From a virus: DNA of 64,000 nt. Positions 19,572-29,231 of this stretch are shown piece after piece. The notes beneath the pieces are model-generated. The model did not search any database. It was given only the letters and a program-made list of their open reading frames with translations, and had not been told where the DNA came from. The position numbers were made by a program, and so were the translations under genes. The stretch spans positions 1-64,000 of IMG/VR virus record IMGVR_UViG_3300036766_000359, one strand, 5' to 3'. The first letter of the stretch is position 1; every line of letters begins with the position of its first letter.

Positions 19572-22118
19572 CTAACCTCCCATTAACAAAAAATGTCTAC
19601 GCCAAGCTAAATCTACGAGTACAGGACCAGTGGCACCCTGTGGTCCTGTTGCTCCTGTTACTCCAGCTGGGCCTGTAGGTCCTGTGGGACCTGTAGGTCC
19701 TATGGAACCTGTGGGGCCCTGAGGACCTGTTGCTCCTGTTACACCATCAACACCTGTTGGGCCGATAGGACCAGTGGCACCCGTGACGCCCTGTGGACCC
19801 GTTTGGCCTTGCGGTCCTGTGGCACCAGTAACACCATCGACGCCAGTGGCACCTCGAGGTCCTGTTGAACCAGTTACACCCTGTGGCCCTGTTGCGCCTT
19901 GTGGACCCGTCGCACCCGTAACACCATCAATGCCTGTAGCGCCTTGCGGACCAGTTGCGCCTGTTACACCATCAATGCCTGTAGGACCGATCGATCCCGT
20001 TGGCCCTTGAGGGCCTGTTGCGCCTGTGACTCCGTCCGCACCAGTTGGTCCAATTTGACCCGTTGGTCCTTGTGGACCTGTCGCCCCTGTTACGCCATCT
20101 ACGCCCGTGGCTCCACGTGGACCAGTTGGGCCAGTGGCACCTGTTATGCCATCAATTCCTGTGGCACCACGTGGGCCCGTTGCTCCAATTTGACCAGTCG
20201 CACCTGTGACTCCATCAATTCCAGTGGGACCTTGCGGACCCGTCGCACCAGTTACGCCATTTGGTCCGGTGGCACCAGTAACGCCATCTATTCCAGTAGC
20301 ACCCTGTGGTCCTGTGGCTCCTGTTACACCAGTAGAACCAGCACCACCAACAGTAAAGATGGAGAAGTTACCATCAATAAGTGTGAAATCAGCAGTTCCG
20401 CCAGGGCATCCGATAAGAGATGAAGAAACACGAATGTCAACAATGTCACCAGGACTAAGAGACTCGATGCTGGTGGTTATTGTAACGAAATCACTATTGA
20501 GCGTGTCCGCTTGCGAAACAGATGCGTCTTGTTCTAGAATGCCATTTATAAAGACTGCGAATTTCAGTGATGTTGATGTTGATGTCTTATATGACATCGA
20601 CACGGCGATGGCGTAAACGCCACCCATGATCGCCGTGATGTTTGAGTTAGCAACGCTTGGAATCGTGAAGCTTGATAAATCGGTCGTTGTCCATTGATTG
20701 ATGAGATAAAACGCGTTCGGAACGCTCATCGTAAAAAACGATGAGCCGTTATAAACATAGAGTTCGCCGTAAGCACTAAGAAGGCCTGCGGGTCCAGTAG
20801 GACCAAAAACACCAGTAGCTCCCTGAGGTCCGGTGAAGCCCGTGGCTCCACGTGGACCAGTTGGGCCAGTGGTACCTGTTACGCCGTCAATTCCTGTGGC
20901 ACCACGTGGGCCCGTGACGCCCTGAGGTCCAATAGATCCGGTTGGTCCCGTGACCCCCGTTACACCATCAATTCCTGTTGCGCCTCGTTGTCCAGTAGGT
21001 CCCTGTGGACCAGTCGATCCTGTGGATCCGACTGAACCGGTAGGACCCGTGACTCCTGTAACGCCTTGCGGTCCTGTAACGCCTTGCGAACCGGTAGGTC
21101 CTTGCGAACCGGTAGGTCCAGTCGCGCCTTGAACACCAGTCGCGCCTTGAACACCAGTCGCTCCTCGTTGACCAGTTGGTCCTTGTGAACCAGTGGGACC
21201 GGTGGGACCAGTTGCTCCCGTAACGCCCTGCGGGCCGGTTATACCAATTGAGCCAGTAGGTCCTTGAGATCCAACCGGACCGGTAGGGCCAGTAGCACCT
21301 GTAACACCCTGTGGACCAGTTACACCTATCGAACCTGTAGGTCCTTGTCCACCCTGAATACCAGTAGAACCCTTAGGACCGGGAGAACCTGTGGGTCCCG
21401 TTGGGCCGGTCGGGCCCTGCGGACCTGTTGGACCAGCCGGTCCTTGAGGTCCTGTAAAACCAGGACCTGTTGCTCCCTGAGGTCCAGTTGGGCCAGTTGT
21501 ACCTACAGGACCAGTTGGGCCAGTGGGACCCTGAGGACCAGTGAAACCAGGACCTGTTGCTCCCTGAGGTCCAGTTGGACCAGTAGATCCAGTTACGCCT
21601 TGGACACCAGTTGGACCAATAGAACCAGTCGGGCCAGTCGGGCCAGTAGTTCCTTGGGCACCCGTGGGCCCAGTAAAACCAGGGCCAGTTGAACCCCTGG
21701 GTCCAGTGGGGCCAGTTGTACCAACCGGTCCGGTGGGTCCGAGAGGCCCCGTTGGACCTATTTGTCCTGTAGGACCGACAGAACCTGTAGGACCGACAGA
21801 ACCTGTGGGACCCGTTACACCCGTTACACCCTGTGAACCGGTCACCCCCTGTGAACCGGTCACCCCCTGTGAACCGGTAGGTCCCTTAGGGCCAGTAGCA
21901 CCTTGAATGCCAGTAGCACCTTGAATGCCAGTAGCACCTTGTGGACCGGTCGAGCCTACAGGACCAGTAGACCCACGAGGACCGGTCGCACCCTGCGGAC
22001 CCGTAGCACCGGTTGAACCAACACCGGTTGGACCAGTCGGACCCATAGGTCCAGTAGGACCTGTTGGACCTGTAGGACCGAGTTTGCTACGTGAGCCACG
22101 AGGGTTCTCAATCGACAT
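19572..22118 (-). CDS. Collagen-like fibre protein (GXT repeats) with a central C1q/BclA-CTD-like globular domain
   Basis: Two long G-X-[TQ] tracts (GPT, GAT, GVT, GPQ) flanking a ~150-aa beta domain; ends in FLLMGG. Confidence 0.9.
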   Translation of the reverse strand: MSIENPRGSRSKLGPTGPTGPTGPMGPTGPTGVGSTGATGPQGATGPRGSTGPVGSTGPQGATGIQGATGIQGATGPKGPTGSQGVTGSQGVTGSQGVTGVTGPTGSVGPTGSVGPTGQIGPTGPLGPTGPVGTTGPTGPRGSTGPGFTGPTGAQGTTGPTGPTGSIGPTGVQGVTGSTGPTGPQGATGPGFTGPQGPTGPTGPVGTTGPTGPQGATGPGFTGPQGPAGPTGPQGPTGPTGPTGSPGPKGSTGIQGGQGPTGSIGVTGPQGVTGATGPTGPVGSQGPTGSIGITGPQGVTGATGPTGPTGSQGPTGQRGATGVQGATGVQGATGPTGSQGPTGSQGVTGPQGVTGVTGPTGSVGSTGSTGPQGPTGQRGATGIDGVTGVTGPTGSIGPQGVTGPRGATGIDGVTGTTGPTGPRGATGFTGPQGATGVFGPTGPAGLLSAYGELYVYNGSSFFTMSVPNAFYLINQWTTTDLSSFTIPSVANSNITAIMGGVYAIAVSMSYKTSTSTSLKFAVFINGILEQDASVSQADTLNSDFVTITTSIESLSPGDIVDIRVSSSLIGCPGGTADFTLIDGNFSIFTVGGAGSTGVTGATGPQGATGIDGVTGATGPNGVTGATGPQGPTGIDGVTGATGQIGATGPRGATGIDGITGATGPTGPRGATGVDGVTGATGPQGPTGQIGPTGADGVTGATGPQGPTGSIGPTGIDGVTGATGPQGATGIDGVTGATGPQGATGPQGVTGSTGPRGATGVDGVTGATGPQGQTGPQGVTGATGPIGPTGVDGVTGATGPQGPTGSIGPTGPTGPTGPAGVTGATGPQGATGPVLVDLAWRRHFLLMGG

Positions 22119-22122
22119 TGGT

Positions 22123-23331
22123 TCACGAAGTGGATGCCGTCAGGGTAATCCCAATAGTCCCAGGGGATCCTGGAACACCACCTTCTGCTGCAAGAAGTCT
22201 TACTGTGGTGGCTCCCCCAGGGACAGACACCTCAATCATGAAGCCCACAGGATTGCTGTTTGGTGGAACCGGACCATCTAACTCTTGTAAAAACAGGTTC
22301 TGATCCGAAAATTGGTTATTGGTAGTGAAATCAGCGTCAAGAAGCGTTTCCTGGGTTTCTTCAGTTCCATTGCCCCACATAATACGTAGTGATGCGTAAC
22401 CACCGGGAGCACCGTTAGAGTATGTGACATAGAACGTGATATGACGAACACGTTTTGGAATGATGTAATTCGATTGATTAGTGAAGTTTCCAAGTAACGG
22501 AAGAGATCCAGTCGGGATATGAATCGTTCGAGGGATCTCAAAACCACAGCATTCAGGGGCCGGAGCAGGAGATGGGCCAGGAACTGGACCCGGAAAAATT
22601 GGAGGGCAATTGTTCACGATAATCACCTCCGGATGACATCGAACAGGAGAACTCGAGCAACTGTTGTCGTAAATAAGAACGACATACGGCGAAGCGGGAC
22701 AGACGACACTGAATCGCATCTCTGCTGCTTGCACCGGAGAATTCGGGTCTTGTTGATACTCCCATAAAATTGTGTAGTCGCCAGATCCAACCATGACAGA
22801 CCACTGTGCATAGTATTCACCGACAGTAAAACGCGTTGCTGCTGATTTCGGAGATACAATTCTACCCGTAGCATCCAGGATAGTCCAGAACACGAACGCG
22901 TCTTTAGGATATCCAGACCCGTCTTTAAGAAATAACGGTAGACCACCACGACCGAGCGCAGACCCGGTGAGAAAAGTCCCGAAACCACTAACAGGGATGG
23001 CGTTACCGGACGGAGGCAAACATGTTGAATAACTAGAAGGATCAACGACAAAGAAACCTTCACAAGTTTGATCAACACGGCCCCCGGAAACTTCTTGAAT
23101 TTCCCAGGTGATTCGATAACTTCCGTTCCTAACATCTGTTTGCCATGGAGCGTAATACTCACCACAAAGTGCTCGAATCGCCGGTAGAGACTTACCAGAA
23201 ACTTGTTGCCCATTCGCTGCACGAACAGTCCATCGAACAGAAAAGGCATCTTGAGGATACCCATTCTGATTGCTAAGATAAAGTCTTAGTTCACCTCTAG
23301 TGAGTTGTTGACGAACAAGAAATGCAGCCAT
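22123..23331 (-). CDS. Structural protein with two tandem Ig-like domains and a C-terminal beta domain
   Basis: Two repeats with GYP[QK]DAF..GEYYA..G[SD]Y.I.WE, homologous to the N-terminus of 7677-8573; Pro/Cys-rich linker. Confidence 0.65.
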   Translation of the reverse strand: MAAFLVRQQLTRGELRLYLSNQNGYPQDAFSVRWTVRAANGQQVSGKSLPAIRALCGEYYAPWQTDVRNGSYRITWEIQEVSGGRVDQTCEGFFVVDPSSYSTCLPPSGNAIPVSGFGTFLTGSALGRGGLPLFLKDGSGYPKDAFVFWTILDATGRIVSPKSAATRFTVGEYYAQWSVMVGSGDYTILWEYQQDPNSPVQAAEMRFSVVCPASPYVVLIYDNSCSSSPVRCHPEVIIVNNCPPIFPGPVPGPSPAPAPECCGFEIPRTIHIPTGSLPLLGNFTNQSNYIIPKRVRHITFYVTYSNGAPGGYASLRIMWGNGTEETQETLLDADFTTNNQFSDQNLFLQELDGPVPPNSNPVGFMIEVSVPGGATTVRLLAAEGGVPGSPGTIGITLTASTS

Positions 23332-23404
23332 GCAACAACTCCCTCATATAAGCGAGTTATCAAGTTTTCTTTGCCTCAAACGGGATCCATGTCTTCCATA
23401 AAGA

Positions 23405-23815
23405 CTATGAATTGAATGATGCATTTAGTCCGTTAGCGGAAGAAGAGAGTCCTGAAGGCGAAACATCAAATTCTCTAATGACTTCCGCAGGGAGCGTTGG
23501 AACAGAATAAACAAGTTTCCAAAAACCTGTTCGGTCTGGGTAAAATCGAACCGAATAAAACCCAGGACTGCCGGGAATTTCGTTAAAATAAACGAAACCG
23601 CTTGATATGGACGAATCCGGAGTTGTTAACCCGTCCAAGACAGTCCAAGGAAGATAGACGTTATTGGAGAAAACCAGTACTGAAACATCAGCAGGCAGAA
23701 CCCCAACGGCCCTAACTATGCCCCCTGGAGGGTCATAAAGGTCTATCTGGTCATTGACTAAGGTTGCGGATGATACAGATCTTCCCATAACGTGAACCCA
23801 TGAATAGAAGTTCAC
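23405..23815 (-). CDS. Hypothetical beta-rich structural protein
   Basis: EIPGSPGFYSVRFYPDRTGFWKLVY resembles the neighbouring Ig-like domains; start uncertain. Confidence 0.55.
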   Translation of the reverse strand: MNFYSWVHVMGRSVSSATLVNDQIDLYDPPGGIVRAVGVLPADVSVLVFSNNVYLPWTVLDGLTTPDSSISSGFVYFNEIPGSPGFYSVRFYPDRTGFWKLVYSVPTLPAEVIREFDVSPSGLSSSANGLNASFNS

Positions 23816-23844
23816 GCATAAAATCCTATTTATTATGTAGTGGG

Positions 23845-24228
23845 ATGAGTCTTTTCAAAAAACTTCAAGCCATCAAATCGCAAATAGCGAAAGAGGCTCA
23901 AATAGTTATCGACGACTGGGAACAAGACGACGACGGGTTTGACGAAGAACTCGGTTCAGGGGGTATGTGCGATAAAGTTGCAGATACCATAACTGCAGTC
24001 ATAGGTCGAATGATACCGGAAGTAGAATTCACGGACGGGGGACACGAAGGTGATGACCACGCATTCATAATCGTCTACGACGATTTAGAAGCGTACGCAG
24101 TGGACATACCGCCCGGGGTTTATGAAATAGGGTCAGGATACTCTTGGAAGAAAATCCAAGGTGTGGAAATCACACCACAAGACATCGTCATAACAAGAGT
24201 TGACAGAGAACTAGTCGTGGATTGGTAA
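23845..24228 (+). CDS. Hypothetical acidic protein
   Basis: Start MSLFKK at 23845; stop abuts the phosphatase stop. Confidence 0.6.
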   Translation: MSLFKKLQAIKSQIAKEAQIVIDDWEQDDDGFDEELGSGGMCDKVADTITAVIGRMIPEVEFTDGGHEGDDHAFIIVYDDLEAYAVDIPPGVYEIGSGYSWKKIQGVEITPQDIVITRVDRELVVDW

Positions 24229-24738
24229 TTATACTAGTTGAAGGGCGTATTCCACAGACACTAGATAATTTTGTTGTTGTTCTCGAGTTCCATATTCTCC
24301 ACCTATCGCATTTGAAAGTAGTGAACCTTTCCCGAGGCGGATCGCTGATAACGCGTCTTCAACACTGTAGCGATATACGAATCTAAGGATCGCATAGGCA
24401 ATGGACGGACTCCGTGAATTACCGAGCGCACAGTGGACGTATATTCGCCCATAGTTGAAGTGCAATTGTGCGAATGACACAGCATTTCGAATCAAATCTT
24501 CAGAAATATGTGAACCATTATCTATGAAAGGCACCTGACATAACATCGGAATGCCTTTTCCAGAATCATCACTATCATTATCCATATTTATTACGGATGC
24601 TATAGCTAGTGCATCGCGTAAATGAAACCAGTCGTCCGCATCATTGATGCGTCCACCTATGATAATGTTATCATGACATGTCCAACGTTGAGTGAGATGA
24701 CCAGCCGGACGAACAAAATAGTCTTCAAGTATTGTCAT
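24229..24738 (-). CDS. Dual-specificity/tyrosine phosphatase (CX5R)
   Basis: IYVHCALGNSRS active-site loop; upstream VPFID general-acid loop. Confidence 0.9.
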   Translation of the reverse strand: MTILEDYFVRPAGHLTQRWTCHDNIIIGGRINDADDWFHLRDALAIASVINMDNDSDDSGKGIPMLCQVPFIDNGSHISEDLIRNAVSFAQLHFNYGRIYVHCALGNSRSPSIAYAILRFVYRYSVEDALSAIRLGKGSLLSNAIGGEYGTREQQQNYLVSVEYALQLV

Positions 24739-24764
24739 ATAACACGGCTTCAGTCAAAGAAGCG

Positions 24765-24792
24765 CGACGACGTTCATGACATGCGCGGACAG
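24765..24792 (-). repeat. 28-bp direct repeat, copy 1
   Basis: CGACGACGTTCATGACATGCGCGGACAG (plus strand); 27/28 identical to 25021-25048; 26 nt upstream of the phosphatase ATG. Confidence 0.85.
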
Positions 24793-24799
24793 GGTCACA

Positions 24800-24991
24800 T
24801 TATATCATACCAAGCTCTCGATGAGCCTGCGTGACAAGAGATCGATCTTCGTCTGTACTCTGACCGTCAGCCGGGGTACTTAGTATGGTCTGCTTATCCC
24901 CGAAGCAAAGTGTCAACAATAGTCTACCGGGAACTGATTCTTTATCAACTTTAACAACACGAAGATTCTGTTCCGAATTAATGTTATCCAT
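24800..24991 (-). CDS. Small hypothetical protein
   Basis: 63 aa; AAGAAGGA Shine-Dalgarno upstream of ATG 24991. Confidence 0.55.
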   Translation of the reverse strand: MDNINSEQNLRVVKVDKESVPGRLLLTLCFGDKQTILSTPADGQSTDEDRSLVTQAHRELGMI

Positions 24992-25020
24992 TATTTCCTT
25001 CTTTCACGCACACTTCTATC

Positions 25021-25048
25021 CGACGACGTTCATGATATGCGCGGACAG
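25021..25048 (-). repeat. 28-bp direct repeat, copy 2
   Basis: CGACGACGTTCATGATATGCGCGGACAG; 29 nt upstream of ATG 24991. Confidence 0.85.
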
Positions 25049-25102
25049 AAGCAGCGATAAATACTAGCACACCCGCTCATTGATAACAATCTCAAATTTA
25101 TG

Positions 25103-25333
25103 TCAAAAACAAAGCTGCTTGAATGCCATTATCTCTTGTGCAAATTGGTGCGGTGATACTCGAGCTGAACCCTGATAATATTGTTCACGAAGTTCACTGA
25201 TAGAAACAGCCGGGTTAATGAAAATAAAGAACACCCTTGGACCCTGACGTCGCTGCCTGAAAGAACACCCACAAATTTTCAGGTATGCAGCTAGGTAAAT
25301 ATCGTGTGTTTCATACTCCGAGTCTTGCGCCAT
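25103..25333 (-). CDS. Small protein, DUF5659-like
   Basis: ETHDIYLAAYLKICG..RVFFIF pattern recalled as DUF5659; not searched. Confidence 0.6.
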   Translation of the reverse strand: MAQDSEYETHDIYLAAYLKICGCSFRQRRQGPRVFFIFINPAVSISELREQYYQGSARVSPHQFAQEIMAFKQLCF

Positions 25334-25377
25334 TTGAAATCTATACTCCGTTTAGGTATACGTTACTTTCCCACACT

Positions 25378-25527
25378 TTACTTACCCACTATACTACTTG
25401 ATTTTTCAACCGAAATTTTTGAAACTCGCATATTTAAAAAAGAATAACATGACGCCGCCGTGATAATTAAAATGAACGCGATAATCATAATATTGGCAGT
25501 TTTATCATTGCGTTCATTTGATTCCAC
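25378..25527 (-). CDS. 49-aa single-pass membrane peptide (below the ORF-track cutoff)
   Basis: Hand translation from GTG 25527: MESNERNDKTANIMIIAFILIITAASCYSFLNMRVSKISVEKSSSIVGK*. Confidence 0.4.
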   Translation of the reverse strand: MESNERNDKTANIMIIAFILIITAASCYSFLNMRVSKISVEKSSSIVGK

Positions 25528-25565
25528 AATTCATTTTTTCGTTTAGTTCAGCATTTTAGATACGA

Positions 25566-25599
25566 CTAAGGCCGCGAGAGGAAACTCTCGCGGCCTTAG
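25566..25599. terminator. Perfect 15-bp stem with 4-nt loop downstream of GIY-YIG copy 2
   Basis: CTAAGGCCGCGAGAG-GAAA-CTCTCGCGGCCTTAG; no clear U-tract on either strand, so terminator function is uncertain. Confidence 0.55.
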
Positions 25600-25607
25600 A
25601 CTCAGAT

Positions 25608-26519
25608 TCATATGCTGACAGGAACCTGTTTTTTTCGAGCCCGTGCAGCTCGCATGTCTATTTTCCCACGTTCCCGAGCACAAATCCTACAAACTCTGCT
25701 ACCACTTTTAGTTATATATGTGTTCTCAGAAGAGTATTCATGACCGTTGTTGCAATGAGTCTTACTTGAGTTCAAAGCAGCTCCGCGAACAAGACCAGAC
25801 TGACATTGACTACGAAAACGCGGGTCATTCCAAAGATTAGCATTTTTTGCTCGAAAAGTTTCTGACCGCCAAAGTTCTCGAGAAGCTTCAACTTGTCTCT
25901 TCTTTATTTCCGGACGAGCTTTAATAATCCTTTGTGATTCAGATTGATTAATTCTTAAAAATGGATCAGACCAGGCCTTCTTAGAAGATTTCGTAACTTT
26001 AGCAGAATACTCAGGGTCGGACCATAAATTCTTCGCATTTTGCGAACGCTGTTGTGTAGTTAAACTAGCATTCGCCTTGGCAAGATTGGTAAGTCCCTTC
26101 TCACGAAATTCAGGACAGTCCCAGGGATTCTTGACGGGATGCGGTATGTGGGAGCCACCAAGGGCGAGATTAAACCCAAACTCTGGGTTCCGAGTATCCC
26201 ATTGTTCAACAATAATGCGTTCAGTTGCGTTAGCACCCTCGAGATCCCAGCTCATCGCTAAAATCTCATGCAAAAACGCATCCTTGCCGTATTTGCGAAT
26301 GGCATTCCAAAAATGACGGCAGCCTTTGCCACGCTTGGACTGAGCGTTGTATACGTGCTCATTCCAACGTTGAAGCATACGCTTCTTTGTCAAACCAACA
26401 TATCTGCGACCCGTAACAATGTGAGTGTGACAGTAAATGGTCCACTTATCAGAATACGACGAAGCCCCCTGACCTTTCGGTTCGGAGGCTTCGTTTTGCG
26501 ACTGTTCGCTTGAGTTCAT
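25608..26519 (-). CDS. Free-standing GIY-YIG homing endonuclease (copy 2)
   Basis: WTIYCH..GRRYVGLT..NAIRKYGKDAF..SWDLEGANATE; C-terminal THCNNGH..CRIC. Confidence 0.85.
   Translation of the reverse strand: MNSSEQSQNEASEPKGQGASSYSDKWTIYCHTHIVTGRRYVGLTKKRMLQRWNEHVYNAQSKRGKGCRHFWNAIRKYGKDAFLHEILAMSWDLEGANATERIIVEQWDTRNPEFGFNLALGGSHIPHPVKNPWDCPEFREKGLTNLAKANASLTTQQRSQNAKNLWSDPEYSAKVTKSSKKAWSDPFLRINQSESQRIIKARPEIKKRQVEASRELWRSETFRAKNANLWNDPRFRSQCQSGLVRGAALNSSKTHCNNGHEYSSENTYITKSGSRVCRICARERGKIDMRAARARKKQVPVSI
26461..26492 (-). terminator. Terminator-like hairpin inside the 5' end of GIY-YIG copy 2
   Basis: Minus strand GAAGCCTCCGAACC-GAAA-GGTCAGGGGGCTTC. Confidence 0.5.
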
Positions 26520-26566
26520 GAAGAAAGTCTAGCAGATTGTTGATCTGCTAACAATCTTCGTGGGCG

Positions 26567-27613
26567 CTAAATCGTATATGGCGTACTACCATCGTTTCCG
26601 ACGCAGGCAACCGCAGCACCGGCCGGAAGACCGATTCGTGCACCACCAGGCTGATATGACGAGCTCGTAAGCTTCGAGAGCTTACCGTAAACGAACGAAA
26701 GAAGAACCGGGCCCGTCTCAACCAGTGAGGGTGCAATGACGTTAGCAATTGCTGCGTCGAGGGCAGACTTCTGAGCGGTCGTCAGAAGTGAGAAGCTCGA
26801 AAGCGCATTGATTGTGGCAACAGAGACGTCAACCGACATGTTAGCGTACTCGGTCCACGTGAGAGCGGCGTCCGGAGAAACGGCATCTTCGTTGGCAACC
26901 TTAACCGATGTTGCCGAGATGAAGTCGTTAATGCGGAACGTTCCGTTGTTAGCAGGGTTAGCCGAACCCGAGAACGTGATGACCTTGCCGACGTCAGAAG
27001 CCTGCATGCCCGTAAGGCCACCAATGGTCGCCTCGGTGCCATCAAAAGCCGTAACGGTTGCCGCAACGCCAGTTTGGCCAGCAACAGCATTCAAGCCGAC
27101 GTACACAGCCTTGATCAAAAGGGAGACCGTAAGGCCCGATAGAGCGCCAATCGTCAAACCCAGAACGGTTGCCAGGGCGGCAGCCGTGGTACCCATCTGA
27201 ATGTACGCAGCAGGCCCACCAATCGTCGAATCGATAGCAACGTTGGCTCCACTAACTCTGGCCCGGAACGGAAGACCGGCATTCGTGAAACCAAGGTTCA
27301 GGTCAACTACGATCTGAGCCGCCGTGACCGCAGCACCAGAGGTCACGGTGATTGAGGTATACGCCGCAGCGGCTGAAGCCTTAATCTTGAGAATCGTTCC
27401 GTCCGCAATGGTGGTATCGAACGGCGATGCATTGCTTCCAACGCGTGTCACAAAAGCATAGCTCTTGAGGACGGCTGCAAGTTCCGCGTCCGTTGGGCTA
27501 TGAATATAACGACTCTGCCCAGCAGGCTCCGAGGAGAAATTCCTCTGAGAGGAGTTTTCAATGTCATCAAGATAAAGGTGGCCGATGTCGGTACGAAGGG
27601 CTGCAACACGCAT
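26567..27613 (-). CDS. Probable virion structural protein (Ala/Gly/Thr-rich)
   Basis: 348 aa, GC-rich codons like the capsid genes, AGGAG Shine-Dalgarno. Confidence 0.65.
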   Translation of the reverse strand: MRVAALRTDIGHLYLDDIENSSQRNFSSEPAGQSRYIHSPTDAELAAVLKSYAFVTRVGSNASPFDTTIADGTILKIKASAAAAYTSITVTSGAAVTAAQIVVDLNLGFTNAGLPFRARVSGANVAIDSTIGGPAAYIQMGTTAAALATVLGLTIGALSGLTVSLLIKAVYVGLNAVAGQTGVAATVTAFDGTEATIGGLTGMQASDVGKVITFSGSANPANNGTFRINDFISATSVKVANEDAVSPDAALTWTEYANMSVDVSVATINALSSFSLLTTAQKSALDAAIANVIAPSLVETGPVLLSFVYGKLSKLTSSSYQPGGARIGLPAGAAVACVGNDGSTPYTI

Positions 27614-27710
27614 TTTTAGATCTCCTGAATAGCTGGCCTATCAAAATGACAGGATTAAAGTGCCAAAAGTACCTGGGGTAACGCGGGTATACTCATAAGT
27701 GAAAAATTTA

Positions 27711-28607
27711 TCAAAGAGCCAAAACTCTACGCCTTGCATTCGAAGCTTTAGCAGATGCGGAGATTTTGGCGCGGGATTCAATACTCAAAACAATAAACCG
27801 CCCATCAGCTTTACGCTTTGCAGCGGATATCAGTGCGGACAAACCGATCTTTTTTCGAGTCTCAGCACTCAAAATCCTACCTCTTTGTCCGATAGATATA
27901 TTATTCCGGTGTTCGTCGGTGAATATAACACCCTTCATCCTCTCAGATATTCGTGCACGGTATTCAGGATTACTTGCAATAACTTTTGATCTTTCAGAAA
28001 TTTGCGAACGATGTTCCAGGCTGCGTTTCTTACCGGTATTAGAAGCAGCACTTTTAGCTATGTGTTCAGGACTTAATTTCTTACCGCGTTGAGTGAGAGA
28101 AACTTTTAAACGAAATTGCGGATCCTGCCATAGTTGCTTTGAGATTTGTGAACGCTTCTGTGGAGTTAAAGAGGCATTCGTTTTCGTTAAATTTGCAAGC
28201 CCCTTCGAACGAAATTCTGGTCGGTCCCAAGGGTTGGTGATTTGGTGCGGACGATGGTCTCCTCCGGATTTGAAGTTAAACCCCTTCTTAGGGTCCGTAG
28301 TTTCAAAATGAGCAATCCATTTCTTCTCAGAAGCGTTTGCAGATTCTAAATTATGACAAATTTCAAGAACTTCGTGGGTAAATGCGTTTTTGCCGTACTT
28401 ACGTATAGCATTCGCAAAGTGTGACCACCCATTTTTCTCGCCCAAAGCAGTATAAACATGTTGATTCCATCGTTTACGCCATGTTTTCTTGGTTTGCCCA
28501 ATATAACGACGACCAGATTCGGTATGGATATGACAATAAATTGTAAATACATCTGAGGCCGCTCCAGGATTGGTAACGGCCTCAGACAGTTCAGTTTTTG
28601 TTTCCAT
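27711..28607 (-). CDS. Free-standing GIY-YIG homing endonuclease (copy 3) with NUMOD3-like repeats
   Basis: FTIYCH..GRRYIGQT..NAIRKYGK; repeated S.EH[RI]..IS motifs. Confidence 0.85.
   Translation of the reverse strand: METKTELSEAVTNPGAASDVFTIYCHIHTESGRRYIGQTKKTWRKRWNQHVYTALGEKNGWSHFANAIRKYGKNAFTHEVLEICHNLESANASEKKWIAHFETTDPKKGFNFKSGGDHRPHQITNPWDRPEFRSKGLANLTKTNASLTPQKRSQISKQLWQDPQFRLKVSLTQRGKKLSPEHIAKSAASNTGKKRSLEHRSQISERSKVIASNPEYRARISERMKGVIFTDEHRNNISIGQRGRILSAETRKKIGLSALISAAKRKADGRFIVLSIESRAKISASAKASNARRRVLAL
28552..28586 (-). terminator. Hairpin inside the 5' end of GIY-YIG copy 3
   Basis: TCTGAGGCCG-15 nt-CGGCCTCAGA perfect 10-bp inverted repeat. Confidence 0.45.
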
Positions 28608-28655
28608 GATTTGAGATTAACATGTCCTCTTCAGGCTGTCAATCTCAAATCGGTT

Positions 28656-29231
28656 CTAAAGTGTGAAAGAAGCGGTACTCTTGGAATTAGCCTTTATAAC
28701 AACCTTCCAACCAACGCCCGGGGTACCAATTGTCACAAGGGCGTCATCAATTTCAATCTGGACAGCCGAAATGCTGGACGGAGGACCGGCCAGGATAAGA
28801 GCAGAGTCCGTAATGACTTGAGACAGACCACCTGGAGTGGTAAGAGTTACATATGTAACATCAGGAGACAAACTAAGGAAGTGTGTTCCAACAATGGTTG
28901 TTACGCCAAGTGCGTTGACGGCCGATGTAATCGTCGGCGCTGCAGTCAACGTCGAATTAAACAAGGTTGTCGAGACCATGCCTCGAGCAGCCAGTCCAGC
29001 CAGGACACCCTTGGTAGCAAGTGCAAGGAGAACTTCGTCCGTCGGAACCATATCAATATAACCCTTGACGGCTGTGTCAAGAGGGTTGGAGTATGGGACG
29101 TAGACCTTCTGCTTCCCCGATTGGGCGTGACTGAGTCCAGTTTCGAACTGGCCGGAGCTCCTATCAACTTTGTCAATAAGAATTGACCGACGTATCTGCT
29201 GCTGATTAACGACTCTAACAAGTGTAGGCAT
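28656..29231 (-). CDS. Probable virion structural protein
   Basis: 191 aa, AGGAG Shine-Dalgarno, C-terminal Ig/IPT-like strand pattern (APTITSAV). Confidence 0.6.
   Translation of the reverse strand: MPTLVRVVNQQQIRRSILIDKVDRSSGQFETGLSHAQSGKQKVYVPYSNPLDTAVKGYIDMVPTDEVLLALATKGVLAGLAARGMVSTTLFNSTLTAAPTITSAVNALGVTTIVGTHFLSLSPDVTYVTLTTPGGLSQVITDSALILAGPPSSISAVQIEIDDALVTIGTPGVGWKVVIKANSKSTASFTL

Noticed and set aside
19774-22303. Several long plus-strand ORFs (PVGP/PVAP repeats)
   Set aside because: Antisense shadows of the collagen codon periodicity.
24765-25048. Mini CRISPR array
   Set aside because: Only two repeats, 228 bp apart with an ORF between them; no cas genes.
25566-26519. Group I intron housing the GIY-YIG gene
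   Set aside because: The GAAA loops are on opposite strands, I could not find P7-type core sequences, and the flanking genes are not split exons.
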